A stretch of DNA of 64,000 bases from an uncultured Coriobacteriia bacterium (GCA_948466335.1 CAOKAE010000002.1:92029-156028); one strand, 5' to 3'; shown: positions 34,528 to 48,590, counted from the stretch's first letter. A program made the numbers and translations. Notes: generated by a model from the letters alone, not told the origin.

Positions 34528-36723
34528 TCAGCTTCTCTCCCACCTGAACAGGTTCCTGAGCCGGACGCGTCCATGGAGCGACTGGCGCGCGACCGTCATG
34601 GCGAGTCCGACAACGATGAGAACGATGCCGACGACGTACGCTGCCGGATTGACCGGATTGGTCCAGCTTTCGCCCTGGGCGTTGACCTCGACCTGCTCCG
34701 CATGCACCTCGAGCTCGCCGTTATGGTCGGCGCAGGCCAGGTGATAGACGCCTTGCACGGTGATCATGTCGCCCGTCTGCTCGTAGGTCGCGTAATGCGC
34801 GATCTGCCCGGCAAGCTCGGTGCTCATGTAGACGCCGACCATGGCGCCGGCGTTTTTCACGTTGACCCACACGTGACTCTCGTCGGCGATGATGGGCGAC
34901 CCGACCGCCTCTCCCGTGAAGACTACGTCGCTGCCATCCTGACGCTTGCCGGCGGAGAGCAGGGCGCGCACGTCCACAGAGCTGTAGGGCGAGGGATTGC
35001 TCAGCGCCTCGACATCCTGCGCGGGAACCTGAGCGCCGCCCGGGACGGCAACTGCCACGGGTGCGCCCGTGCCAAGGCAGCCGAGGGCGAGGACGAGAAA
35101 GCCCGTCACGACGAAGGTCCTTCCCCGTCGTCCGGACTCCTGGCGCTTGCGACGGCGCCAGGCCGTCCCGCCGAAGTTCTTGCGCTTGAGCGTCCTCAGG
35201 TCGCGCGACCTGTCGTTGCTGAAGAGGTTCTCGGGATGCAGCGAGATGAGGATGCCGACGATGGCGCCGATGAGCGCGATGAACTCGACGCGACCGGCCC
35301 ACATGAGCAACAGGGCCACGATCTTGAGGCCGAAGGGAAGGCCCGCCTGCGTGATCTCGGTCGTCATGCCGCAGTTGGTCACGTAGCTGATCGACTCGAA
35401 GACCGAGTTGAGGGCGTCGTTGCCAAATGCGATGAAGGCCATGGAACCCAGGGCGGCCGTGCCGAGGTACAGGATGAAGACCGTCATCGCGATCATCGCG
35501 TCCTCGGAGTTCAGCGTCTGCGAGCCAAAGTGCTCGTACTTGATGCGCACGCGCGCGTTATCGGGAGCCAGGCGCACGAGAATCGAGTACTTGATCCAGC
35601 GCAGGACCTGCAAGATGCGCACGAACTTGATACCGCCGCCCGAGGAGTAGGCGCACGCGCCGAAGAGTATCGCGACAATGACGAGAATGACCACGCCATC
35701 CGTTATGACGCCACCGATCTGCTCGGGATACACCGCCTGCATGCCGCAGGTCGTCGCGGCCGAGACGACGGTGGTCAATCCGTTTTGCATGAGGCCGCCC
35801 AGACTCGTGAAGAGCCCCTCGCGCGTCATGATCCAGGTGACGAAGGCGACGAGGGCCACGATCCACAGCGCGTACACGCGCAGCTCCGCGTTGCGCCTGA
35901 TGTGCCCGAAGCGATGGGCGCGCGCGTAGGCGTACACGGCAAAGCTGATTGCGCCGGCAATCATGAGGGCGCTGAGCACGAACTGTAGGGGAAGCGAGTG
36001 ATAGTAGATGAGGTCAGAGGTATGGGGCACGAAGCCGCCCGTGCCCACGGCGGTCAGGGCGAGCCAGAAACCGTTCATGACCGCATCGACGGGATGCAGC
36101 CCCAGAAACAGGCAGATAACCGTCGCGGCCACAGCACCGACAAGCGCGAAGCTCCCGTACACGCGCAAGACCGAGAGGCAGGTCTCGCTGATGCGCGCCC
36201 GCGTGCGCTCTCCGTCGCGACGCTCGCTCATCATGAAGACCCGGGAACCCTCGCCGAAGAACCCCGAGTACATGGCGATGACGACAACGGTCAGCGCCCC
36301 GGCAAACGACATGATCACACGCCAGGTGATCTGGGAATAGCTCAGAGAATCGACGTCGGGCACGAGCGTCACACCCGTCGTGGTGAGCGCCGAGACGGAA
36401 TCGAAGAGGGCATCGAACCACGAATCGAAGGAACCGGACAGAAGCAGCGGCACCGCGCACACGATGCCGATGGCGATCCAGCCAAAGCCCACGAGCAGCA
36501 GCGCGCGTCGCCGGTCCAATCCCCGCGCCTTGAAGAAGCGCAACGCCGACCCGATGGTCAGGCACACGCCTATCCCGGCAACGAACGCGCCGAGCTGGCG
36601 AAATTCCCCGAACACGAGCGCGATGACGGCGGGCACGCACATGGCCGCGCCCGTCATCAGAATGAGCACGCCAAGGTAATGACCGACGGTCGTGATATCG
36701 GACCAGTGAAAGCGGGGCAACAT
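34528..36723 (-). CDS. trkH: TrkH/KtrB-family transporter fused to a C-terminal extracytoplasmic domain plus extra TM
   Basis: 731 aa. The TrkH core covers about the first 490 aa (GGIKFVRILQ). It is followed by a basic linker, a TM, a ~150-aa domain homologous to the 32155..32793 product, and a final TM (AAYVVGIVLIVVGLAM). Confidence 0.85.
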   Translation of the reverse strand: MLPRFHWSDITTVGHYLGVLILMTGAAMCVPAVIALVFGEFRQLGAFVAGIGVCLTIGSALRFFKARGLDRRRALLLVGFGWIAIGIVCAVPLLLSGSFDSWFDALFDSVSALTTTGVTLVPDVDSLSYSQITWRVIMSFAGALTVVVIAMYSGFFGEGSRVFMMSERRDGERTRARISETCLSVLRVYGSFALVGAVAATVICLFLGLHPVDAVMNGFWLALTAVGTGGFVPHTSDLIYYHSLPLQFVLSALMIAGAISFAVYAYARAHRFGHIRRNAELRVYALWIVALVAFVTWIMTREGLFTSLGGLMQNGLTTVVSAATTCGMQAVYPEQIGGVITDGVVILVIVAILFGACAYSSGGGIKFVRILQVLRWIKYSILVRLAPDNARVRIKYEHFGSQTLNSEDAMIAMTVFILYLGTAALGSMAFIAFGNDALNSVFESISYVTNCGMTTEITQAGLPFGLKIVALLLMWAGRVEFIALIGAIVGILISLHPENLFSNDRSRDLRTLKRKNFGGTAWRRRKRQESGRRGRTFVVTGFLVLALGCLGTGAPVAVAVPGGAQVPAQDVEALSNPSPYSSVDVRALLSAGKRQDGSDVVFTGEAVGSPIIADESHVWVNVKNAGAMVGVYMSTELAGQIAHYATYEQTGDMITVQGVYHLACADHNGELEVHAEQVEVNAQGESWTNPVNPAAYVVGIVLIVVGLAMTVARQSLHGRVRLRNLFRWERS

Positions 36724-36774
36724 AATATGCGGATTATAGCCGTTTGCGCCGACGGCGATTCAGAAGATGACGCC

Positions 36775-39168
36775 CTACTCGCCTGCGAGGGAATCGAGAT
36801 AGGCGCGTTCGCGATTGAGCGCGATGTTGAAGAGCACGTTGAAGAGGACGGTGATGAACAAGGCAGCGACGAGGGCGAGGAGCATCATGTTGCCCGTCAG
36901 GGGCACAAGCATGAAGACGGGACCGAAGACGAAGATGCCGAGCACGAGGCCCGCGAGCACGACGACGAGTAGCGCCACGCGTATGTAGTTGAAGGGAATC
37001 GACAGGCGTATGACGAGATTGACGCCCGACACGCAGGTGAGGATGACGCAGAGCGTCGAGAACTGGTCTTGCGACAGGCCCGTGGCGAAGCTGAAGATGA
37101 CGGCGATGATGACCGAGGTCACGACGCAGATAGCACCGGGTATGGCACGCGTGATGACGTTGCGCAGAAACTCGCCGCGTATGAGGTCGCGGTTGGGCTC
37201 GAGCGCAAGGACGAAGGAGGGAATGCCCACGGTGAACGCATCGATGAGCGTGAGCTGGATGGTCACGAAGGGGTAGTTGTAGCTCACGATGAAGATGAAC
37301 ATGAGGGACATGACGACAGAGAATATCGTCTTGACCAGGAACAGCGAGCCAGAACGCTGCAGGTTGTTGATGGAGCGACGGCCCTCGGCGACCACGGGGG
37401 GCATCGAGGCGAAGTCGTCGTCGAGGAGCACGAGCTGGGCGACGCTTCGCGCGGCATCCGAACCGGTGCCCATGGCCACGGAGCAGTCGGCCGCATGCAA
37501 GGCGAGCACGTCGTTCACCCCGTCACCGGTCATGGCGACGGTATGGCCCTGGTCTTGCAGCGCCACGACGAGCTGCTTCTTCTGCGCGGGGCTCACGCGA
37601 CCGAAGACACGACAGGTGCGGGCCGCCTCGCGCAGCTCCTCCTCGGTGGTGACGGTACTCATGTCAATGCACTTGTCGGCATCGGGAACACCCACGGAGG
37701 CAGCGATGTTGGAGACCGTCTCGACCGCGTCACCGCTGATGATGTTGATGCGCACGCCCTGCTGCTTGAAGTAGTCGAGCGTCTGGGCCGCCGTGGGACG
37801 CACGCGGTCGCGAATGAAGATGAGCGCCAGTGGCTCGACCGGCCCGACGATGGCGTCTTCCTTGTCGAAGTCGGCGACCTTGGCGAGCACGAGCACGCGG
37901 CGTACGCCCGCAAGGCGCTCGATGGTGCTCAGGACCTCGGGAAGCTCGTCGCTTCCCTTCAAGACGAACTCGGCCGCGCCCATGGCGTAGTTGCCGGCCT
38001 CGCTTCCATAGCACACGCCCGAATACTTGCGCTCGGACGAGAATGGCACGTAGCGCGTCGTACCCTGGACGGCCTTGGGAGCATCGGGGCGCTCCTCGAG
38101 GCCGGTAAGGTATGCCTTGATGGCCTTGGCGGTCTCGTTATCGTCCTTCGAGAGCGAATCGAGCGCCACGAGCGCATGGAGGGCATCGTCGTAGGGCACC
38201 CCGTCGAAGGGAATGACCTCGTCGACATCCATCTCGCCTGTCGTGATGGTGCCCGTCTTGTCGAGGCACACGACGTCGACGCGGGCAAGCGTCTCGACGC
38301 AGTAAAGCTCCTGGACGAGCACCTTGTGTTGCGCCAGGCGGATGACGCTCACGGCAAGCACGGCCGACGTGAGCAAGATGAGCCCCTGCGGAATCATGCC
38401 GACGAGCGCGGCCGAGGTGTGCAGGATCGCCGAGTCTATGGTGCCGCCGCCGAGCCAGCACTCCTTGATGACGAGCGCGGCACCCAGAGGCACGATGAGC
38501 ACGGTGACGAACTTGATGATCTTGCGCAGCGACTCCATGATGTCGGAACGGACCTTGCGGTAGACCTTGGCCTCGTTGTTGATCTTGGTCGCGTAGTTGT
38601 CCGCGCCCACGGCGGTGACGCGGGCCATGCAGGAACCGGAGCTTATGAAGCTGCCCGAATACAGGTCGTCGCCGACCTTCTTGGGCACGAGGTCGGCCTC
38701 GCCGGTGAGCAGACTTTCGTTGGCACTGCACGACCCCTCGATGACCTGGCAGTCCGAGGGAACCTGATCGCCGCGCTCAAGCATGATGACGTCATCGAGC
38801 ACGATCTGGTCGAGCATGATGTTCGATCGCCTGCCATCGCGGATGACATGGGCCTTGGACGAGGTGATGACCGAAAGTCGGTCGATAGTGAGCTTGGAGC
38901 GCACCTCCTGGTAGATGCCGATAGCGATGTTGCAGATGATGATCGCCATGAACAGGAGGTTACGATAGGAGCCGGTCCAGAAGATGGCGATGGCGAGGAT
39001 GATGTTGACGAGGTTGAAGAGGGTGCAGATGTTGTCGCGCACGATGCGTGGGATGCTGCGCGTGTGCACGTCGGCGTTCTCGTTGACCTTGCCGGCGGCG
39101 ATGCGCTCGTTGACCTCTGCCGTGCTGAGCCCTTGTATGGGTTTCGTGTCCTGCTGCGTCTCTTCCAT
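36775..39168 (-). CDS. Cation-translocating P-type ATPase
   Basis: DKTGTIT phosphorylation motif, the MTGDGVNDVLAL hinge, and TGEADLV. Starts at ATG 39168 (MEETQQD...GLSTAEVNERI); upstream starts would run into the clpB terminator. Confidence 0.9.
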   Translation of the reverse strand: MEETQQDTKPIQGLSTAEVNERIAAGKVNENADVHTRSIPRIVRDNICTLFNLVNIILAIAIFWTGSYRNLLFMAIIICNIAIGIYQEVRSKLTIDRLSVITSSKAHVIRDGRRSNIMLDQIVLDDVIMLERGDQVPSDCQVIEGSCSANESLLTGEADLVPKKVGDDLYSGSFISSGSCMARVTAVGADNYATKINNEAKVYRKVRSDIMESLRKIIKFVTVLIVPLGAALVIKECWLGGGTIDSAILHTSAALVGMIPQGLILLTSAVLAVSVIRLAQHKVLVQELYCVETLARVDVVCLDKTGTITTGEMDVDEVIPFDGVPYDDALHALVALDSLSKDDNETAKAIKAYLTGLEERPDAPKAVQGTTRYVPFSSERKYSGVCYGSEAGNYAMGAAEFVLKGSDELPEVLSTIERLAGVRRVLVLAKVADFDKEDAIVGPVEPLALIFIRDRVRPTAAQTLDYFKQQGVRINIISGDAVETVSNIAASVGVPDADKCIDMSTVTTEEELREAARTCRVFGRVSPAQKKQLVVALQDQGHTVAMTGDGVNDVLALHAADCSVAMGTGSDAARSVAQLVLLDDDFASMPPVVAEGRRSINNLQRSGSLFLVKTIFSVVMSLMFIFIVSYNYPFVTIQLTLIDAFTVGIPSFVLALEPNRDLIRGEFLRNVITRAIPGAICVVTSVIIAVIFSFATGLSQDQFSTLCVILTCVSGVNLVIRLSIPFNYIRVALLVVVLAGLVLGIFVFGPVFMLVPLTGNMMLLALVAALFITVLFNVLFNIALNRERAYLDSLAGE

Positions 39169-39204
39169 GGGCTCGATAATAGCAATAAACACCACCACCC
39201 CATG

Positions 39205-39237
39205 CAAAAAGGGGACCAGTCATGAAAACTGGTCCCC
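39205..39237 (-). terminator. Rho-independent terminator of clpB
   Basis: On the minus strand, GGGGACCAGT-N7-ACTGGTCCCC is followed by TTTTTGC. Confidence 0.85.
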
Positions 39238-39270
39238 TTCTACATAGTTTGCGCACATCTTGCGCCGGTG

Positions 39271-41862
<2,592 letters not shown>

Positions 41863-41964
41863 TTCAATTCCTCCAATATTCAGTTATATGTGCATGTCGT
41901 GACGGTCCTCGGGAAGGGCCGCACGACGGTGGTTTTCGCTTTTGCGTGACACGAGCCCGTCGCG

Positions 41965-42363
41965 TCAGATGCCATCGAAGCCTTCGCTGAGCAGCCTCGA
42001 GTGATCCGGCTTGCTCATGAGCGTCCTGATGGTCTGGCGCATCTCGAGCTCGTGCATCGACTCGTGCAGGCGCTCGATTTCCTCGCGAAGCCTGTCGGCC
42101 TCGGCCTGGATCTCGCGCATGCGCTCCCTCTGGTCGAGAATGCGCATGACGCCCGCGAGGTTGATGCCCTCGTCCGTGAGCCGGCCGATGAGCTCCAGGC
42201 GGTCGACGTCGGCCTGCGAGTACATGCGCGTGTTGCCGCTCGTACGCTGGGGTGACACGAGGCCCTTTGCCTCGTAGATGCGCAGCGTCTGCGGATGAAG
42301 CCCGGCAAGATCGGCGGCAACGCTAATCATGTAGAGCGGTTTGTTCCTGTCTGTCTGTGCCAT
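41965..42363 (-). CDS. hspR: MerR-family heat-shock repressor HspR
   Basis: YMISVAADLAGLHPQTLRIYEAKGLVSPQRTSGNTRMYS. It occupies the position after dnaJ, as in actinobacterial dnaK operons. Confidence 0.9.
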   Translation of the reverse strand: MAQTDRNKPLYMISVAADLAGLHPQTLRIYEAKGLVSPQRTSGNTRMYSQADVDRLELIGRLTDEGINLAGVMRILDQRERMREIQAEADRLREEIERLHESMHELEMRQTIRTLMSKPDHSRLLSEGFDGI

Positions 42364-42378
42364 GACGCGCTCCTGTTC

Positions 42379-43356
42379 CTATGCCTTGACGGCCTTCATC
42401 TGCTCGTTCATCGCGCTGCGCAGCGTATCCGGCGAGGGAGACGCCGCACGAAAGTCCTCGATGGCCTTCTTCTGCTCGGCGTTGAGGTTCTTGGGCATCT
42501 CGACGACCACCTTGATGCGCAGGTCGCCCGTGCCCTTCTTGCCCTTCACGTCCTTGGCTCCCTTGCCCTTGACGCGCAGGACCTTGCCGTCTTGCGTGCC
42601 CGCGGGGACGCGCAGCTTGACGCGCGTGCCGTCCGGGGCGGGAACGACGATGCTCGCGCCGAGAATCGCCTCGTCGATGCTGACCGGAAGGTCCATCACG
42701 ACGTCGGCCTTCTCGCGCCGATAGACGGGGTGCTCGGCGATCTTCGTGACGATGAGCAGGTCGCCCCGCTCGCCACCGTTGGTGCCGAACTCGCCCTTGC
42801 CGCGGAAACGCAGCCGGCCGCCATCGACGGCGCCCTCGGGTACCTTGACCGTGACCGTCTCGGTGTCACCCGTGCTGGGGATCCTGATCGAGACCTTCTT
42901 CGTCGTGCCCTTGAAGGCCTCGTCGAAGGTGAGCTCGATGGAGGTCTGGAGGTCCTGGCCCTTGTGCGCCCGGTTGACGTTGAAGTCCCAGTCGCTGCCA
43001 AACGCCCCGTCACCGCCACGGATGTTGCTGAAGATGTCGGCCCAGTCGAACCCCGCACCGTCACCTCCCGAGGTGTAGGTGTAGGTACGACCGCCACCGC
43101 CGGGCCATCCCTGGCCCGCACCACCCCAGGCTCCCGCCTGGTCGGCGAAGTTGCCCACGGTGCCGTAGGTGTCGTACTGCTCCTTCTTCTCGGGATCGGA
43201 GAGGACCTCGTAGGCCTCGTTTATCTCCTTGAAGGTCTCCTCGTCGCCACCCGCATCGGGATGATGCTTCTGGGCGAGCTTGCGAAACGCCTTCTTTATC
43301 TCATCGGCGGAAGCGGACTTCTTCACGCCGAGTATGTCGTAATAGTTCTTTGACAT
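42379..43356 (-). CDS. dnaJ: DnaJ-class co-chaperone without zinc-finger domain (CbpA/type II-like)
   Basis: J-domain YYDILGV...HHPD, followed by a G-rich linker. No CxxCxGxG repeats. Confidence 0.9.
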   Translation of the reverse strand: MSKNYYDILGVKKSASADEIKKAFRKLAQKHHPDAGGDEETFKEINEAYEVLSDPEKKEQYDTYGTVGNFADQAGAWGGAGQGWPGGGGRTYTYTSGGDGAGFDWADIFSNIRGGDGAFGSDWDFNVNRAHKGQDLQTSIELTFDEAFKGTTKKVSIRIPSTGDTETVTVKVPEGAVDGGRLRFRGKGEFGTNGGERGDLLIVTKIAEHPVYRREKADVVMDLPVSIDEAILGASIVVPAPDGTRVKLRVPAGTQDGKVLRVKGKGAKDVKGKKGTGDLRIKVVVEMPKNLNAEQKKAIEDFRAASPSPDTLRSAMNEQMKAVKA

Positions 43357-43415
43357 GTGTCTTCCACCTTCCTTTCTACAAGAAGAAACGCGCCCTTGCG
43401 AACGCGTTTCCCCGA

Positions 43416-44048
43416 CTATTGCTCGTTAGCTCCGTCTGGCTCCCGTGCGGGACCTCCGGTGCTCGTCACGACCATCGCAGGACGTATGACGCGCTCGCCC
43501 ATCCTGTAGCCCTGCTGGAATACCTTGACGACCGTCTCCTCGGGAACGCTTGCGTCCTCCTCGGTGCCGACCGCCTGATGCTGCATCGCATCGAAGGGCT
43601 CTCCCAGCGCGGCAATCTGCGTGACCTTGTGCTTCTCCAGAATCTGCAGGAACTTGCTCTGGATCGCGTCGACGCCATCGGTCAGGCTGCCGCCCTCGCC
43701 CGTCTCCCTCGCGTGCTTGATGGCACGCTCGAGGTCGTCGAGCAGGGGAAGCAGGTCCATGACGAGGCTCTCCGAAGCGCGCACGCGCTCGGACTCGCGC
43801 TCTGCCTGCGTGCGCTTGCGGTAGTTGTCCCACTCCGCCTGCAGCCTCGCATAGCGATCGCGCAACTCGGTCACCTCGGCCGTGATGGCCTCGAAGAGGT
43901 TGGGCGTGTCCTCCTGGACCTCGCCTTGCTCCTCGACGACCTCGGCCTCGATGGCCTCGTCGACTTTCTCGTCTACGGGCTCAGCGCCCTCGGGGCTGCC
44001 AGCGGCAGCCCCTTCGAGCGTATCGTCCCTGTGCTCTGCGGCGGTCAT
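43416..44048 (-). CDS. grpE: Nucleotide exchange factor GrpE
   Basis: 210 aa. Contains [16 protein letters not shown]...[14 protein letters not shown]. Confidence 0.93.
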   Translation of the reverse strand: MTAAEHRDDTLEGAAAGSPEGAEPVDEKVDEAIEAEVVEEQGEVQEDTPNLFEAITAEVTELRDRYARLQAEWDNYRKRTQAERESERVRASESLVMDLLPLLDDLERAIKHARETGEGGSLTDGVDAIQSKFLQILEKHKVTQIAALGEPFDAMQHQAVGTEEDASVPEETVVKVFQQGYRMGERVIRPAMVVTSTGGPAREPDGANEQ

Positions 44049-44050
44049 GA

Positions 44051-46006
<1,956 letters not shown>

Positions 46007-46017
46007 TTACGCTCCGT

Positions 46018-46047
46018 ATTATGAAATCTAAGTGTCTCATTGTCAAG
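46018..46047 (-). promoter_or_regulatory. Candidate dnaK promoter (-35 TTGACA, 17-nt spacer, -10 CATAAT) overlapped by a degenerate HAIR-like inverted repeat
   Basis: The minus strand reads CTTGACA-ATGAGAC-ACTTAGA (46047..46027), versus the HspR consensus CTTGAGT-N7-ACTCAAG (9/14 matches). -35 at 46046..46041, -10 at 46023..46018. Confidence 0.45.
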
Positions 46048-46211
46048 TTTTATAAGCTGTTTCTGGTACCTGTTACCAATACGTCATACTTAGATATTCT
46101 GAGTTAAGAAGAGGGGCGCCCTGCGCGAAATAAGGCGAAAAAGCCTATTGCCATATGGGGGTGTTACCGTTATTTTGCATACGTGATATTACCGAGACGA
46201 AAGGCCTGCAC

Positions 46212-46397
46212 ATGCCCCAGCCAACGATAGACATCGACGAATGCTCCGGATGCGGTATCTGCGTTGACACCTGCCCCAATGGCGTGCTCGACATTGTCGG
46301 AAGCGTTGCCTCGGTCGTGAACGAGGACAGCTGCAACGGATGCGGCGAGTGCATGGAAGAGTGCCCGCTTGGCGCCATCGAGGTTGACGAGGACTAG
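46212..46397 (+). CDS. 2x[4Fe-4S] ferredoxin
   Basis: 61 aa from ATG 46212. Contains CSGCGICVDTCP and CNGCGECMEECP. Confidence 0.88.
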   Translation: MPQPTIDIDECSGCGICVDTCPNGVLDIVGSVASVVNEDSCNGCGECMEECPLGAIEVDED

Positions 46398-46915
46398 GAA
46401 ACGTCCTCGAGCGTGTACTCCATCAGGTAGTCGTTCATCTCAAAGCCACCGCCAACGTCGTTGTTGACGCAGGCAATTCTCTTGAACCCCATATGATCGT
46501 AGCGGTCAAGGCTCGCGATGTTGTCGCGCGCGCACGTGAGCCTGATGCGTCCCAGGCCATGGTCTTGCGCACGCTGCTTCACGAACTCGAACTCGGCCCG
46601 TCCAAAGCCCCTGCCGCGCGCCTCCTTGACGAGGTAGAGCTTGCTCAGGTAAAGGAAACCGTCATCGGGCCTGAAGCCGACGAAACCTAGGTGCTCGCCG
46701 GAATTGGGATCGTCGACGAAGTAGTATTCGTAGCCCTCGTCCGCGATGGCGCTGGTAAGCGTCTCGAGCGACAGCGTGTGATTGACCAGGTAATCGACCT
46801 TCTCGGGCTCGTGCAGCGTCGAGAAGTACTCCCTGAAGATGCCCTCCGCAAATATCGCGAGCTCGGCAATGCGCTCCGGATCCTTGTCGACCCGGACGAA
46901 ATCCAATTGAGACAC
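46394..46915 (-). CDS. GNAT family N-acetyltransferase
   Basis: Acetyl-CoA motif VKEARGRGFGRAEF. GTG start with SD GGAGAGGG. Confidence 0.85.
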   Translation of the reverse strand: MSQLDFVRVDKDPERIAELAIFAEGIFREYFSTLHEPEKVDYLVNHTLSLETLTSAIADEGYEYYFVDDPNSGEHLGFVGFRPDDGFLYLSKLYLVKEARGRGFGRAEFEFVKQRAQDHGLGRIRLTCARDNIASLDRYDHMGFKRIACVNNDVGGGFEMNDYLMEYTLEDVS

Positions 46916-47027
46916 GGGTCCCGCCCTCTCCTATCAGGCACGCCCAGGCGCGCCCCATTCACGGGAAAACGATACCGTAAGAATGGGGTGAGAATGGGCG
47001 ATTCACAAAAACTCGAAGAAAAAGCAA

Positions 47028-47184
47028 GGGGACGCTCGGCGCCCCCCCTTAGATGGCGAGATTTCTCGACTCCGGCGCTTCGCACCTGCGCTTAAAATGA
47101 CAGAGGGGAGGCATATGCCTCCCCTCTCTTTAATGGTGAGATTTCTCCACTTCGCGGCCTTCGGCCGCTCCGGTCGAAATGACA
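47028..47184 (-). repeat. Tandem duplication (2 units of ~75-82 bp) of a two-hairpin terminator module downstream of rplT
   Basis: Minus-strand unit: TGTCATTT, a GC hairpin, GAGAAATCTC(A/G)CCAT(T/C)TAA, then a GC-rich hairpin (GAGGGGAGGCATATGCCTCCCCTC in unit 1, GGGGGGGCGCCGAGCGTCCCC followed by TTGCTTTTTC in unit 2). Confidence 0.7.
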
Positions 47185-47191
47185 ATTGTTA

Positions 47192-47548
47192 TTATGCAGC
47201 GGCCTTCTGGGCGATCTTGCACAGCTCGGCAAAGCCCTGCGGGTCATTGACGGCCATGTCGGCAAGCACCTTGCGGTCGAGCTCGATGCCGGCGGTCTTG
47301 AGACCGTGCATGAAGACCGAATAGGACAGACCGTTGATGCGAGCAGCCGCGTTGATGCGGGTGATCCACAGGCGGCGAATCTCGCGCTTCTTGTTGCGAC
47401 GGTCGCGATAGGCGTACTGCAGCGAATGCTGGACCTGCTCTTTGGCGGCGCGATACTGACGGGACTTAGCACCGTAATAACCCTTTGCGCGTTTGAATAC
47501 GGTACGACGCTTCTTCTTGGCGTTAACTGCGCGCTTAACACGTGCCAT
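47192..47548 (-). CDS. rplT: 50S ribosomal protein L20
   Basis: [15 protein letters not shown]...[16 protein letters not shown]. Confidence 0.98.
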   Translation of the reverse strand: MARVKRAVNAKKKRRTVFKRAKGYYGAKSRQYRAAKEQVQHSLQYAYRDRRNKKREIRRLWITRINAAARINGLSYSVFMHGLKTAGIELDRKVLADMAVNDPQGFAELCKIAQKAAA

Positions 47549-47596
47549 TTATATCAACTCCTACTAACTACCGATACGGATACGGGCTTGCGCGCT

Positions 47597-47794
47597 TTAC
47601 GCCTTGCCCAGATTCTTCTTGATGACCTTCACGTCGGCCTCGGCGACCACCGTCTCGTGACGGAAGTTGCGCTTACGCTTCTGGGACTTCTTGGTCATGA
47701 TGTGGCTCTTGAACGCCTTGCCACGCATGATCTTGCCCGACCCGGTGGTGCGGAAGCGCTTGGCGGTGCCCTTGTGGGTCTTCATCTTAGGCAT
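47597..47794 (-). CDS. rpmI: 50S ribosomal protein L35
   Basis: [24 protein letters not shown]. Confidence 0.97.
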   Translation of the reverse strand: MPKMKTHKGTAKRFRTTGSGKIMRGKAFKSHIMTKKSQKRKRNFRHETVVAEADVKVIKKNLGKA

Positions 47795-47799
47795 GGTGC

Positions 47800-48354
47800 T
47801 TACTCCTTGTCTTCGCTTTCCTTGCTGGTGCTCTTGCGTGCGTCCTTGGGAAGCGGCGCCACCATCATGTGCATGTTGCGCCCTTCCATCTTTGGCTGCT
47901 GTTCTACGACGGCGAGGTCTTTGAGGTCGTCGGCGAGCCTCTCGAGAATGGTCAGGCCCTGCTCGGGGTGAGCCATCTCGCGACCGCGGAACATGATGGT
48001 GATCTTGACCTTGTTGCCCTTGCCGAGAAAACGAAGCACGTGACCCTTCTTGGTCTCGTAATCGCCCGTATCGATCTTGGGGCGGAACTTCATCTCCTTG
48101 ACCTCGATCTTGGTCTGGTTCTTGCGCGCCTTCTTGGCCTTGACCGCCTGCTCGTACTTGTACTTGCCGTAATCCATGACGCGGCAGACGGGCGGCTCGG
48201 CGTTGGGAGCGACCTCAACCAGATCGAGACCCTGGTCTTCGGCAAAGCGCTGTGCCGCATCGTTGGCCATCTCGTACTTGGTGCCATCGACACCGATGAC
48301 GAGAAGCTGCGGCGCATGAATCTCACCGTTGATCCGTGTGTCTTGAGCTGCTAT
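47800..48354 (-). CDS. infC: Translation initiation factor IF-3, probable non-canonical ATA start
   Basis: RINGEI...VIGVDG...[23 protein letters not shown]. The SD GGAGG (48367..48363) abuts the ORF-track GTG at 48363. The in-frame ATA at 48354 lies 8 nt after the SD. Confidence 0.9.
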   Translation of the reverse strand: MAAQDTRINGEIHAPQLLVIGVDGTKYEMANDAAQRFAEDQGLDLVEVAPNAEPPVCRVMDYGKYKYEQAVKAKKARKNQTKIEVKEMKFRPKIDTGDYETKKGHVLRFLGKGNKVKITIMFRGREMAHPEQGLTILERLADDLKDLAVVEQQPKMEGRNMHMMVAPLPKDARKSTSKESEDKE

Positions 48355-48368
48355 GACAAACACCTCCT

Positions 48369-48404
48369 AATAAAAAACCTGTCGAGCTGCATTCAGCCGA
48401 CAGG
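48369..48404 (-). terminator. Leader terminator/attenuator hairpin immediately upstream of the infC SD
   Basis: On the minus strand, CCTGTCG-N13-CGACAGG is followed by TTTTTTATT and then AGGAGG. Confidence 0.6.
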
Positions 48405-48514
48405 CACACACAAAGACCCCGAAGGGCGAATTGTAGGTGACCAGACAACTGAGCGCGTGCTCGTCGTAAGGTGGAAGGAGCTTGCGCACCTTCACTTCGT
48501 AGATACGGACGAAT

Positions 48515-48543
48515 AGTTTACACGTGCCCGCGGATGCATGCAA
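48515..48543 (-). promoter_or_regulatory. Candidate infC operon promoter (-35 TTGCAT, 17-nt spacer, -10 TAAACT)
   Basis: Hexamers read on the minus strand at 48543..48538 and 48520..48515. This would give a leader of about 150 nt. Confidence 0.4.
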
Positions 48544-48590
48544 GAAGTGATTGCCGATGAGACAAGTACCCTGTGCATTTATCTCATCGG

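Noticed and set aside
41863-41964. HAIR operator or promoter upstream of clpB
   Set aside because: No CTTGAGT/ACTCAAG-like repeat was found; there is only a weak stem (GTCGTG...CACGAC). clpB may be co-transcribed with hspR.
46394-46397. Convergent ferredoxin and GNAT genes share the palindrome CTAG, which serves as both stop codons
   Set aside because: It is real but most likely a trivial consequence of compact convergent genes. No functional claim is made.
47028-47184. Possible CRISPR array
   Set aside because: There are only two units. The units are contiguous with no spacers, they diverge in the hairpin parts, and no cas genes are present.
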